Of a stretch of DNA of 64,000 bases, positions 49,494 through 61,494 are shown piece after piece. The position numbers were made by a program, and so were the translations under genes. This DNA comes from Calcarisporiella thermophila CBS 279.70 (Eukaryota; Fungi; Calcarisporiellomycota): contig NW_027192204.1 in the NCBI RefSeq assembly GCF_041956535.1, forward strand, positions 437,140 to 501,139, given 5' to 3'. How positions within the stretch are numbered: the first letter of the stretch is position 1; the number at the start of each line of letters is the position of its first letter. Below the pieces are notes generated by a model. That model saw only the letters and a list, made by a program, of their open reading frames with translations, searched no databases and was not told the DNA's origin.

Positions 49494-51118
49494 TTACTTC
49501 AGCAGCGCGATGCTACTCATCGCTTTCAGAGCTTGCTCCAGCCCCTTGTCGTCGGGATGGTCGGGCGGCGTCCACCGGCGCAGATTTTTCACGAACAGGC
49601 AGTACCGTGCAATGCGCTGCACCGGCTCGATCATGTAGTCGCCAAGCTTCATTTTCGAGTCCCGGTGCCGCCTTTGGTGCAGGTGAAGACGGAGGGCATC
49701 CCGCGCGAGGGGATAGTGTGCTGCGTAGTGGGCGAAGATGGTGAGGGAGAGCCGATGGCGCAGAAAGATGTCGCTCACTCGGGCGCCGGCGTGCCAGGTG
49801 GCAATGAGCTGCCTGAAATCGCCCAGAATGTCCGTAGAGAGGGCAATGAGGGGGTCGAGAAGGATATAGAGCCGAGCAATGTGGTCCTCCTTGGATCGGT
49901 CATGAAAAGGCTCCAAGAGCTATGCAAAGGAAAGTACGCACCGTGGTCAGTATCAAGGGGCGCATCTTAAACCCAGGGCCGAACCAGTCCATAGCTGGCC
50001 GTGAGCGGCTCAATGGCCCGAAAACCTACCTTCTTCAACGCCCGTAGATTGCGTAGATAATTCTCCTCGGTCGCGAGGAGCTCCATCATGGTGCACTTCC
50101 TTAGGAAGTGCGGGTCGTCTTCCACCCGGCGGCCCTCCTCCACTTGGCTCGGGGATTCCTCTCGCTCGTAAGTCGGTGTGGCGGCTAACGCGTCCGAGAG
50201 CCGGCGGGTATTTGATTTTTTGAAGAGGGTGCGGAGATCCACCTGCGACCAAACCGTCCGCACTCCCTGGTCCGCCTGCGCCTCGGACACGTCCTCTCTT
50301 ATGTCCGAATAGGCTGTGTCTTGCGAGAGCTGCGAGTAGATCGAGGTGGTGGTGGTGCTTGGGGTTAGGAGAGAAAACGAGCGGCCGCGGGGGAGGGCCT
50401 TTGCATTTGGTAAGGTCTTGGCCTGGACGGGGCCGGGCACGGTGCTCTCGTAGGGCACCGATGACAGCTCCGATCCCTGTGCATCGGCAGAATTCATCAC
50501 GCGTTCTTGTGAGCGGGAGCTGGAGATGCGAGTGCTGAGAAGAGAGAACGACCGACCGCGCGCGATCTTCCTGGGGTTCTGCGGCGCTACAGCGGGTGTA
50601 CTCCCAGGAGCGGCGGGGGGGATATCATCACTGGACGAGGAATCAGAGGATTCCTGGCGGGAATGGACCCTGCTTCTTGCCGTGAGCAAAGAGAATGAGC
50701 GGCCTCGCAGGATTTTTCTCGACTCCTTAGTGTCCCTGCCCTCTTGCTTCACCTCGGGCGTGATGGATGTGGGAGTATTTGGGGAGGGCGTAGCTTCGAC
50801 GGATGCGGTCATGGTGATCTCGGTGTCACCAGAGCTTGAGGTGGAAGAGGCAGGGGATGCGGCTCTTGGCGATTGGTATGGGGGGCTAAGCGAGATGGAG
50901 CCCACGCCAAACACAAAGCTCGGGATGGAGATGGAGAGCTTTGGGGGGCCGCCACTCTCCTGCTGTTTGGGCGGGGGAGGAGGGGGAGGAGGAGGAGGGA
51001 GAGGGGGGAGGGAATTCGGATTGGATGGGGAATGGAAGATGCGCGAGAATGACAGCGATTTCTTCTTTCTAATTCTCTGTTCTAGGAGGGGAGGATCATT
51101 AGGGGCGTCGATCAGCAT
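49494..51118 (-). CDS. RhoGEF: DH domain after a long disordered N-terminus, no PH domain seen; 3' end uncertain
   Basis: ELLATEENYLRNL, IFAHYAAHY, YMIEPVQRIARY.L, TPPDHPD...L..AL. Confidence 0.85.
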
Positions 51119-51480
51119 GATGGCGAAGGGTTCGAGCTAAAGTGGGGAAGGGGCTCGCTACAACAACGGGACACGAGGGAAAACACGAGTGTGATAAATG
51201 CCTGACTTCCTGCAGTGGGCACCAGAGCGTCGGGCTTTAATTTTCGTTCTCGGAACAAATTCACCTTCTGCCTCATGGCAAATCAAAGCGGACCCTGCCA
51301 ATTTTTGCAGCGTGCATCAGCCATAATTGAAATCTTATTGTGGGACAGGTTTTGGAGGGGAAAAGAGGGCCATAATGCTTGAGGGCCGGCAGGGGAGGCG
51401 CGGCCCCATCGCTCTCAAGGCCGCTCATCTTCGTTCGAGCATCAACAGGAGAGAGTGTCAATTAGGATAAGGGTTCTTTG

Positions 51481-51802
51481 GAGAGAGAGAGAGAGAGAGA
51501 GAGAAGAGAGAGGAGAGGAGNNNNNNNNNNNNNNNNNNNNNNNNNNNNNNNNNNNNNNNNNNNNNNNNNNNNNNNNNNNNNNNNNNNNNNNNNNNNNNNN
51601 NNNNNNNNNNNNNNNNNNNNNNNNNNNNNNNNNNNNNNNNNNNNNNNNNNNNNNNNNNNNNNNNNNNNNNNNNNNNNNNNNNNNNNNNNNNNNNNNNNNN
51701 NNNNNNNNNNNNNNNNNNNNNNNNNNNNNNNNNNNNNNNNNNNNNNNNNNNNNNNNNNNNNNNNNNNNNNNNNNNNNNNNNNNNNNNNNNNNNNNNAGTT
51801 GT

Positions 51803-51834
<32 letters not shown>

Positions 51835-51845
51835 GGAGAGGGAGA
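51481..51845. repeat. (GA)n microsatellite containing an assembly gap (N 51521-51796)
   Basis: GA tracts on both sides of 276 N. Confidence 0.95.
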
Positions 51846-51894
51846 AAGTAAAAGGAAACCAAGTTGAAATTAGCGAGCTGGGCAGCCCTCGTGC

Positions 51895-53326
51895 TCACCA
51901 TCCAAAGATGGCATCGATGGTGGACCAGATTCCCGGCTGACTCTTCCCATTCGCGTTGTTGGCGTTCTCGGCCGGAAGTTTGCTTGCAGAGGCCAGCACC
52001 GAGGCAGCGGGGTCGAACGCTCGGCCCATCGGTTGCTCCTTCTTGAACACGTCCGTCGTTGTGTTGACGGTGATGCGGTGAGGCGTCCCTGCGCTAGCGC
52101 TCCCCACGCCCATCCTCATCCCACCCAGGTCCGCCCTCCGCGCGCCCGGGGTGGGAGACGCGGTGAAGGGAGAGGGCTCGGCCAGGCTTGCCCCCGCTCG
52201 CGGCGCGCTCTCCTCCTTTCTCTCCTCCTCCGCCGGCACAACGCCCACGATGATGCCTCCCCCGATGGACTTGCCGTTCTTGCTTAGTGCCTTGGACGCG
52301 CCCCACACGTCTGCGAAATTGATGACGACCCAGTTGGACTCGCCCGGGCCAACCTCATAGTTGGCGATGTCGCCGCAGCTGCGGAACCAGCTGATCACGT
52401 TGGAAGTCATGTTTGGCGGGAAGCCAAAGACCATCACCCGCGTCGCCTCCACGCGATCCGTGTCCATCGGCTCAGACGCCGTCGATTCCTGGAAGCTTGC
52501 CCACGGCTCGCGGACGGGCGTGGTTTTGAACGGGGACTACAGGGGATCCGTTAGAACCAAGCCAGCAAAGCGGGAGGGGACAGCCCAGCTACATTACCTT
52601 GTCTTCTGCTCCGTCCATCATATCAAACAGGGACTCGGTTGGAGGGGCGTCCTCGGGAGGTGCAGTGGGGGTGGTCGAGAATTGTCTACGGCCAAAAAGC
52701 AATGGGTCAGCCGATTTACATACGGGCTTGGAATGGGCCAGCTCACTTTTTGTCCTTGAATAGTCCACTATGTCCGAATGTGCTCTGCGGAGATGCGCCG
52801 CTTGGGGATGCTCCAGGTCTAGGACAAATAGTGGTGAGCTTTGGCTTCGTTTATCAAATAAAGGGGAGGGGAGGGGAGGAGAGGAGGGAAGACATACCCT
52901 GGAAAAGGGCTTGTGATTTCATGTTTTGGCGAGGAGAAATCGGATGTAAATGATGCAGAAGGCTATTTGCTCAAGCGGTTAGTCAACATTCCAAACCACC
53001 GGGATCCACCTAGATCTTACCCTTCCCTGTGATCGGCTTGCAAAGAAGCTCGGAATATAGTTAGCTTGCTGGGGTTGCTGTTGTGTCGGTTGCGTGGACG
53101 GTTGCTGGGATTGCGGTTGCGGAAGAGACTGCGACTGTGGGGGCTGATATTGGAGATTACTACGCGAAAAAGGGCTATCGTCGGGGCGATTCGAGGCTGG
53201 ATGCTCTGCTGCGGATCGATCCGGAGTGGTGCTGCCGGCTGGGTACGCGGGGAAGAACGACGAGGGGATGGAGGAGGATGGGGCGGATATGAACCGATTA
53301 AAGCTATACGGGGATTGGTTCGCCAT
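51895..53326 (-). CDS. NUP53: Nucleoporin Nup53/Nup35; 5 exons
   Basis: EDAPPTESLFD motif, RRM VMVFGFPP..F..CG.I..NW..I.F...A.KAL.KNG..IVGV, C-terminal amphipathic helix WSTIDAIFGW. Confidence 0.93.
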
Positions 53327-53713
53327 CTTTCCTCCTACAACAACTGTCTTGATTTGCTTGATTCTTAAGCTAGCCCTTTTACAGACCACGACTCAGAGGT
53401 GTCGACTGCGCCTTCATTTGCAATTAGCGGCGATTGGAGAGAATCCGTAACTTAAAAGCACCAAGTGTTATCATAGAACAGAATTTTTCTCTACTCACTC
53501 TCTCCATGGAGCTAGGGAACGTCCGCTCATTCTAATTCTCCATTCCTTTGATTTGCTCACTGAATGTCCCCTGATCCTCATCCGAAGCTCGCTCTCTTTT
53601 CTTGCTCAGCTTTTCGCCTCCTCGCCTATCCCATCCCATCCCCTTACCTGCCAGCCTTTTCTTCGTAATTCCTGAATTTCTTTTCGGCTTGTTGCCTCAG
53701 CCCTTCCCCCGCT

Positions 53714-55042
53714 ATGTCCTACTATTACCCGCAAGAACGAACACACAGAGACGACTACTACAATTATCGTGATGATAATGCCGCCTACGATCCCTCACAC
53801 TACCCCGCGCATCCTCAGCCATCCTATCACCCCTATCCACAGACGCAATATGCCAATGAGCCTCATGAGCCTCAGTTCCATAACGGCTACAGCAACAGCA
53901 ACCACTACTACTACGACGACGATTACCGGCAAGACTACGACCCGCACGGCTACTCCATGCGGGAGGTAGATCATGGTCATCCCAACCACGATTCGTACTA
54001 TTCGCGACCTCATCCCGCTAATGACTATGAATACAATTCCCCAGAACAGTACCCATCCCCGCATGCCGCATCCACCCAAAGCACCACAGCCCTTTATAAT
54101 CATCGAGGCTCTCCTATGGGAGATGACGCCACCGCATACAGCGCATCATCCTATGCCGCGCGTGGCATCAAACCGTCCCGACAGGTGCGGGACTCCGCCG
54201 TTTTCCCCGCGCACCCCCCCTCCCTTCGCGACCTCCCCGAGCCGAAGCTAACCCCGCCCCCGGCCTATTCATCCCCTCCCCCCGCCGCTTGGCGCTATTC
54301 CATGGACAGAAAACGGAAGGGGAGCTGGATGTGTTGCGGCTGCTGTCCCTTTTGGGTCAAATTCATGAGCTGCGCATGCTGTCTTCTTATCGTGGCGGCG
54401 GCCATAGCTATTGGGGTGATCGCGGCCACCTTCAAGAAACCCGATATCAAGTTTAAGGGCGTGATTGGCCACCCTGGCAATCTGCCACCGTTTGAGCTAA
54501 AGGGCTCTGGGTTCTCCATCAACGTTGGGCTGGACGTGGAGGTGGCCAACCCTAACTTTCTGGGGGCGTTCTTCCCCCAGATTGAAGCGCAGGCTTACTA
54601 CCCGAATCCCACGCAGCAAGGGAGAGGGCTTCCTGTCGGAGGAGGCACCCTGAAGGACGTCAATATACCCGCCCATTCAGTGACGCCCATCAAGTTCCCG
54701 TTCTCCATCGAGTATAATGTAACTACTCCCTCTTCTCCCCAGCATCGGTCTTGATTGCTTTCTTCGGATGCTTAACCTCCCCCCTCTCCTCTTCTATTTT
54801 AGCCCACCGCTGGTCCCAACCAGTTCATGCTGCAGGACATCGCGTCCAAATGCGGGTTTCTGGGCTCGGCTCGCCAACAGCTCAAGGTTGACTACGACCT
54901 CAAACTCACCGTCAAAGTGCTCTTCCTCTCCATCCCCATCACCCTCCCGCGGGATGCCCAATTCGATTGCCCTATCAAGGAAGGATCGCTGCCCAATCTC
55001 GGTCAAATCGGAAGTCTGCTCGGCAAGGGGGGAGGTGGTTAG
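53714..55042 (+). CDS. Type II membrane protein with LEA_2-like lumenal domain; intron about 54720-54802
   Basis: Tyr/His/Pro-rich cytosolic N-terminus, Cys cluster, single TM, P.I.F, V.NPNF, GGG.L..V.IPA, F.CP. Confidence 0.8.
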
Positions 55043-55359
55043 CGGCGGGTGGTCCAAGGACTCTTGTTTTTCTCTGTTTCTAATCTATTTATTCGTCTCT
55101 GTTTTCCTAGCTCATCATTTGTTATTGTGTATATTTCTTCCCCACTGCTGCTCTATTACTAGGCTTCTGCGTTAATATGTACTTTATTTCATAGTTAAGC
55201 CCCCTCCACACGGTTTTTGGACCGAAAAGAAAAAAACACTAATCAAACAATAAAACGCTCTTTGTTTGTGCCGCAATGCAGCTGGCTTTGAAGGGGGGGG
55301 GGGGGAGACATGAGAGGAAGTAGACATCACAGTGGGATATAGAGTAGAGGGGAGGGGCG

Positions 55360-57117
55360 TTAATCCGCAAAACACACACACTTGGTCTCGGTGAAGAAGT
55401 CGATGCTCCATTCGCCTCCCTCACGCCCAATCCCTAAATAAACAGAAACAGGCGTTAGTGACCCTTCGCTCTGCGCCATGGCAACCATGGAAGGGGGTGG
55501 GGGCAATACGCTACCGCTCTGCTTGAAGCCTCCGAATGGCATGCTGAGATCCCTGGCCATGAAGCAGTTCACCCAAACCGACCCTGCGTGGACTTTTTCC
55601 GACACCCGGCGCTGCCGGGCTCCGTTCTCCGTAAACACGCAGCAGCTCAGCCCAAACTTGGTCCCGTTCGCAAGTTCGATGGCCTCCTCCTCCGTCTCGA
55701 AGGGCGCGATGCACACAACAGGGCCGAAGATCTCCTCCTGCATGGTGCGTGTCTTCGGCCCCAGCCCGGTGATGACGGTGGGCACGAGGAAGCATCCGTT
55801 GGGGTGCGAGGCAAGCCGGTCGCCCCCGCACTCAATCTTGCCGCCCTCGGACTTGGCGAGAGCAACGTAGGAGAGGACACGCTCGAGATGTTGCGTAGAG
55901 TTGAGGGGGCCCAGCTCGGTGCTAGGGTCGAGCGGATCCCCCACCTTGATAGCGCGCGTGCGCTCAATGAATGCGGGAACAAATCGATCCCAGATGGACT
56001 TTTGCACAAATATGCGAGAGCTAGCGACACAGGCCTAAAAATGACCCAACTCGTCCATGTCAGGAGGGAAAGGGGAGAGGGGGGGGGGGGCTTCCCATCT
56101 ATATGTACGTACCTGGCCGCTATTTCCATAGGCCGACTTGATCGCCCACGTCAAACATTTCTCCAAGTCGCAGTCTTCGAAGGCTAAAAATGCATTTTTC
56201 CCGCCCAGCTCGAGCGACAGCCGCTTGAAATGCTGCGCGCTTGCCTCCGTGATCTTGCGACCGGTAGTGGTGCCGCCCGTGAACGAGACGAGAGGGACAT
56301 CCGGGTGGACCACGAGCGCGTTTCCGGCGACGGAGCCCGTGCCGAACACCATGTTAACCACGCCATCCGGGACGCCGGCTTCCTTGAGGATGGAGCAAAA
56401 GACTAAGAAAGAGAGGCGTTAATATATATACGGATGAGATCCGTGGATGGCCAGGAGATATTACGGTAGGCGGTCAGAGGTGTGAACTCGCTTGGTTTGC
56501 AGACACAAGTGTTTCCGGCTGACATGGTAGAGAAAAGGTGGGGGGGAGGGGAGGAGGCAAAAGAATGTATCAGCAGTGGACTTCAAAGGGGAGAATGGCA
56601 TGAGCTACATACTCGCAAGACATGCCGCGATCTTGGTGGTTAACAAATAGAGGGGGAAGTTCCAGGGACTGATAAGCGCAGCCACACCCACGGGTCGCCG
56701 CTGGACTTGGCTTTGCGCCGTTTCCTGCCGGACGGTGACGTCCAGAATGTGCATTATCTTAGTCCCGAAGAATCGGAAGTTGTATGCCACTCTTGGAATG
56801 TCGAGGGTACGGGAGGCGGTGATTGACTTGCCCTGATCGCAAGTCTCTGCCTTTGCCAGCTCCTCGAGCCTCTCCTCGACGAGGTCGGCAACCCGCAGCA
56901 AGATGCGTGCACGCTCCCACCGCGGCGTAGCGGACCAGGCCGGGAAGGCGCGACGCGCTGCAGCAACGGCCTGGTCCACATCCTGGGGGGTGGAATCCGG
57001 GAAACGTGCGATGACCTCGCCGGTGGCGGGGTTGTAGCTCTCCAGGGTGTTGGAGGCGGAGCTCGTCGTGAAGGCACCGCCAATGAAGTTTTGGATAGTG
57101 GTAACTTTTAGGCTCAT
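55360..57117 (-). CDS. Aldehyde dehydrogenase, ALDH8A1/2-aminomuconate-semialdehyde dehydrogenase-like; 5 exons
   Basis: RTLDIPR..YNFRFF, ISPWNFPLYLL, KPSE, SFTGGT, LELGGKN, GQ|ACVASSR (catalytic Cys), EEIFGPV, PFGGFKQSG.GREGG. Confidence 0.92.
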
Positions 57118-57444
57118 TGAATTTTTTTTTTCTGCTCTCTAAATGCAAAGGAAAGAGCTTCAAGCTGTTAATGTGGGAAAATTTCCGGTTTCATTTTTTC
57201 CAGTGAGCAACGTGACCGGAGCCGAGAAATAGGAGTAAGAATAGACCCAGTGAGGGAGGGGAGAGACTGAATTTATTAATACATGAATGTCAACATCCAT
57301 ATACTATGCACGCACAAACAAATTTTTCGCCTTGGACATGCCAGCGTTTACATCAGGTATAAAGAAAGAAACTATGAAGCGGTCGTGGAGAGATGGACCA
57401 GCCATGGTGAAGGAATGGAAGGAGCTTGGAATGCAGGCCGCCCA

Positions 57445-57537
57445 CTAGGGGACGACGGGAGTCTCGCATTGATGGCAGAGGAAGTCGTTCCACGACTGGA
57501 ATGTTCTGCCGCACACTTTGCATGAGTTCGGATTCAT
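57445..57537 (-). CDS. 30-aa single zinc-finger microprotein MNPNSCKVCGRTFQSWNDFLCHQCETPVVP
   Basis: C-x2-C-x3-F-x5-F-x2-H-x-C; CT-rich leader and TATA-like element upstream, AATAAA downstream at 57272-57277. Confidence 0.6.
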   Translation of the reverse strand: MNPNSCKVCGRTFQSWNDFLCHQCETPVVP

Positions 57538-58137
57538 GATGGGGATGGGCTCGGAGAAAAAGATGAAAGAGACTAGAGAAAGGTGGACAGGAGTGTGGAT
57601 GAATTTATCAACAAATACGATCACCAATTAATTTCCATGAATGATATATTAAAAAGGTTAGCCCAAGACTAGGTTAAACAAGTACCAGGCCGGCCTGCAA
57701 TTCGGCAAATCAAATCCTATCTCTGCGGGGGCCGCCTTTCTCTTCCCTCCGCGAAACCTCAGCAGGAGGAGAGCCTGGCTCCTGCCCTGGCCGGACGCAC
57801 CCACTTGGTGAGCAAACTCTACATCTAACCGTCAAAGCAAGCTTCCAAACGGTATTTGAAAACCGTCTTCTCTCCCCCTTTGTTTCCCCCCACCTGCATG
57901 ATGCATATGTGCATAATGCTGTCCCTCCCTCTTCTCCAACCTACACACATGACACTTTCCACTTGCCACCAAATAAGAGTGCAATGCATTCGGCTGATTT
58001 TATAAAACACCCTATCTCCATTCCTCTTCATCTTTAGTCTTCTCCTATTTCTCCCCCTAATTTTTTTTCCCCCTTTCTCTAATCTCCATATCCCCGTGGG
58101 TTAATTTCTTCACTCATCTGATCACCATTCCTCGCCA

Positions 58138-59831
58138 ATGCTAGGCAAATTGCCCATCCTCTCCCTAAAGAGGCCTGAACTCTCCTCGTCATCCGATGCC
58201 ATACCGCTTCCCCAGGCTGCCTTTGGTCCTGGCGTCAGGCCGGAGGTTGACGAAAGCGATATTGTGCCGGATAGAGCCGTGGTTGTGAATGTCGATGGCC
58301 AGCCGCAAACGGGAAAGCTGCAGAGCGGATGGTTGAAGATGGAGGACGACATTCTGAAACCAAATCCTAAGCGTCCTCGGAGATGGTGGCAACCTCCAAG
58401 CGTGTTGGCTATTTTCTTCACCTTGTTTTCTCAGGTAAGCAGTGCTCCCCTTCCTCCTTCCCCCCTCTGCCACATCGACCTCGTCCAATTGCATCACCCA
58501 TCATTCTAACCTACTCATATCTTCTCTTTCTCCACCTCTCTCTCCATCCCTCATGGATCTCCTTGATTTCATAGGCATTCGCCTACGCCGTGGTATGGCC
58601 GGTGCTGAATATCCTGACTCCCGAAAAGTGGAAAGGCGCCATGCTTGACTCGTCGCTTTTCCTCGCGAGCTATTGGATCGGGTTCGTGGTGATGACACTG
58701 CTGGTGGACCCGCGCGTGTATGAGCGCAAGCGCTTCTCACTTTGGATCTCACATATCCTGATGGTCCTAGCCGGAGTCGGGTATGTGTACGGCTATTCCA
58801 AGGGCCAATGGGTGCTGCGCGGCCTTCGATTTGCACAGGGTATTAGTGCACGCCTCTCGCTGGGCATGGAGCGTCGCCTGGACCGGGAGACCGAGCATCG
58901 GTTTGTCCTCCCCGCCATCATGGCTGCCGCCATTCTGCTGGGGCTGGCGTCGGGCGCGGCCGGTGGGGGCGCGGTGTACGAATTCGCCGGAGCAAGATTT
59001 GCCTTCTGGCCCGTGGTGGCAGTCTCGGGATTGGGGCTGGTGCTGGAGTTAGTCTGTGCCAGTGGGGCGCTCACCAAGCCTGCCGCCATCAGGGCAAGGT
59101 ACGGCCTTCCCGTGCTACGGTACGGGCGAGACCTGAAGAACTGGATCCAGACGGCGCAGAGCGCAAGCTTCTTCCTGTTGAGGAGCGTGTTTATGCCCTT
59201 CTACGTGGGACTGCGCGTTGGGGTCTTCGAGCTCCTCTTTCCCTGGGAGCTGCGCTCGTATTATCTGTGGACTAGCCCCGCTAGCGTAGGGCGCCTCTAC
59301 CTCTACCTTCCGCTGGCGGGGGCGGCCTTCTTTGTGCTGTCCTATGGCGCCACGTTCATCCAGGCGAAGCACATCTACCTCGTCCCGCTGATCATCGGCC
59401 AGCTCTCGTTCTTCTGGTTTTTGCTGCTGGCGCTCACGCGGGTGACCCTGTGGATGCCGCTGTTCTGCACGCTCTTCCTTCCCTTGGCGGTCTTTGTCTT
59501 CTTCTACCAGGAGCGGATCTCGGACGCCTTCATGGACATCCCGATCGCCCTGCGCCCCGTGAGCCTGGCCACCGCGCTGGGCTTCATCCTTGGCGAGTTT
59601 GTCGCCGGCGGGTGGATCCCGTTCGTTGCGTGGACGCAGACCTACGTTGGAAACGGGCTGCTCATCACTCATTTCATCACCGACGTGCTGGTGCTTGGCG
59701 GGGTGCTTGTGCTAGTATTTGTGCGCCGGGCAAAGCTGGAGCGGATAGTGTGGTTCTGGGTGACGTATCCCCTTTTAAGTGCTTTAGCCATCGCTACCTT
59801 AATCGTGTACAAAGTTAAATTTCGTTACTGA
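58138..59831 (+). CDS. Divergent MFS-like multi-pass transporter; intron 58435-58574
   Basis: About 12-13 hydrophobic segments; LRFAQGIS and GGGAVYEFAG resemble DHA1/SLC18-type MFS helices. Confidence 0.7.
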
Positions 59832-61494
59832 ATGGTTGCGCTGAGTGACGCCGGGCGTTTATTGACTGCTATGACATAATAGTAATGTAAAGATGTTATT
59901 TATGGAAGCCTTATAGTAATAAAATCAATTTGGATCACGAGGAGAGCTGTAAAAGGTTCCCACCCCCCCTTCCTCTCCCAGTAAACAGAATTTTTCATTC
60001 ACCGACGAGATCTGGCCATGCGGCATTATTTTTTCAGCTCAGCAGATGAACTCCAACAGCATCCCTCGGGCGATGCTCTCGGCCCCTTCCCCCCCCCCTC
60101 CTCCCAGCCCAGAAAGTCTAAACTAAGCTTCAAACTCATCTTACAATGCAATCCTTGCTGAGCTGAACCTGGCGGTTATCTGTATAATAGAAGAGAGCTT
60201 TGTCCCACGTGCCGGATCGATAAAATCGGAGTGGTCTTCGCCATCTGACGCCATTCCATATTGACAGTAGAGTGACACATGGTAATTGAGTCCGAATAGG
60301 GGGTACGTTAGAATGTCCCTTTGTCATCCACAATGTCCTTGGTAAGTTGGGGTGACCCTCCTCTCCCCGCTGGCACACAAGATATTCATGAGCTCGGGTA
60401 TGCCATGGAGTTACTATTTTACGCGAGTCGATGAGGCTGAATCAGCTGCCTATATCCTTCGGTTGGGTAACGCGTCTAAATGGAGAAGATGAGGCCCCTC
60501 CCGTTTTGGGACTAGGCATCAGATCCTAGCGATGGCCCTCTCCGGATGAAAACATCCATGGACGGGGCGGATCTAAGACGGGAGGCAGAATGTCGTCACA
60601 CCGGCCGGCGGTGCCGGCAGCAGAACGAGCATTGTTTGAAGTAGTAGAGGCTGAGGCATAAGCTTGCTGTATTTCAGGGTGTGCCTTCTCCCTGCGAATA
60701 AGCTCGGTTCACACGGCAACTCCAGAAGACGCTTTTAATAACGCTTACGCGCAGCGCTGTGGTTTCCAAAGCTGTCCTCGTCGCTGGCCTCGATGCTAGC
60801 CGGAGACATGGCTCCACCGTAAACCACGACATGTCACATGCCTCAACTCGGAGATGGATGGCCATGGCAGCAGGAGCTCCTCTCCCGTAAACAGACGAGG
60901 ATGCCTCACGCTGCCTGAGCGTGCACCGTAAGAATTAGCCCGCCTCGGAGACTTTCCCTAAATTTGCCGTGCCAAGGTGTTACCAAACACCTCATCCTAA
61001 CCCCTCCTCCGCAGCAACGAATGCGAGTTCTCGTCGGAGCGGGAAGCGGTGGGGGCGAGCAGCTAAGGAGACACGCGCAGCCAAAGCTGAAAAGGCCCCT
61101 TTAATGGCTCGGCGGAGCATGGGAGTCCCGTGCGGTTTGGTGTCTTGGCCGGCCGCCATGTGGTAGCCGTCGAGGATTCAAAATGGGCCCTCTGGATTGG
61201 CGGAGGCCCGAGCCGATTTCGGGGAGATTTGGCACACCGAGCTCGGGTATTTGTTTACTCCTGAAGACCTTGGTGCTATTTCAGGATCCCTCCCCCAAGA
61301 ATGGTTTGGGCAAAAAGGAGGGACTTCTTCGGTTAATCCTTTCTGGTTCAAGAAGAAGGGCGTCTTATTTAACAGCAAGTTCCGCTCGGCTCTGCCTTTT
61401 TTCGCTTTAGTCTTTTTCCCCTTCCTCCCCTCCCTCCCCTCTCCACGCTGTCAGCGGGCTCTCTATTTCTGTGCACCTTTCCGACATAAGATAG

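Noticed and set aside
51455-51940. ORFs across the N run
   Set aside because: Artefacts of the assembly gap and GA repeat
59900-61490. Structured RNA, riboswitch or ribozyme in the PTR2 upstream region
   Set aside because: Only short GC-rich palindromes; no TPP, hammerhead, tRNA or snRNA consensus recognised
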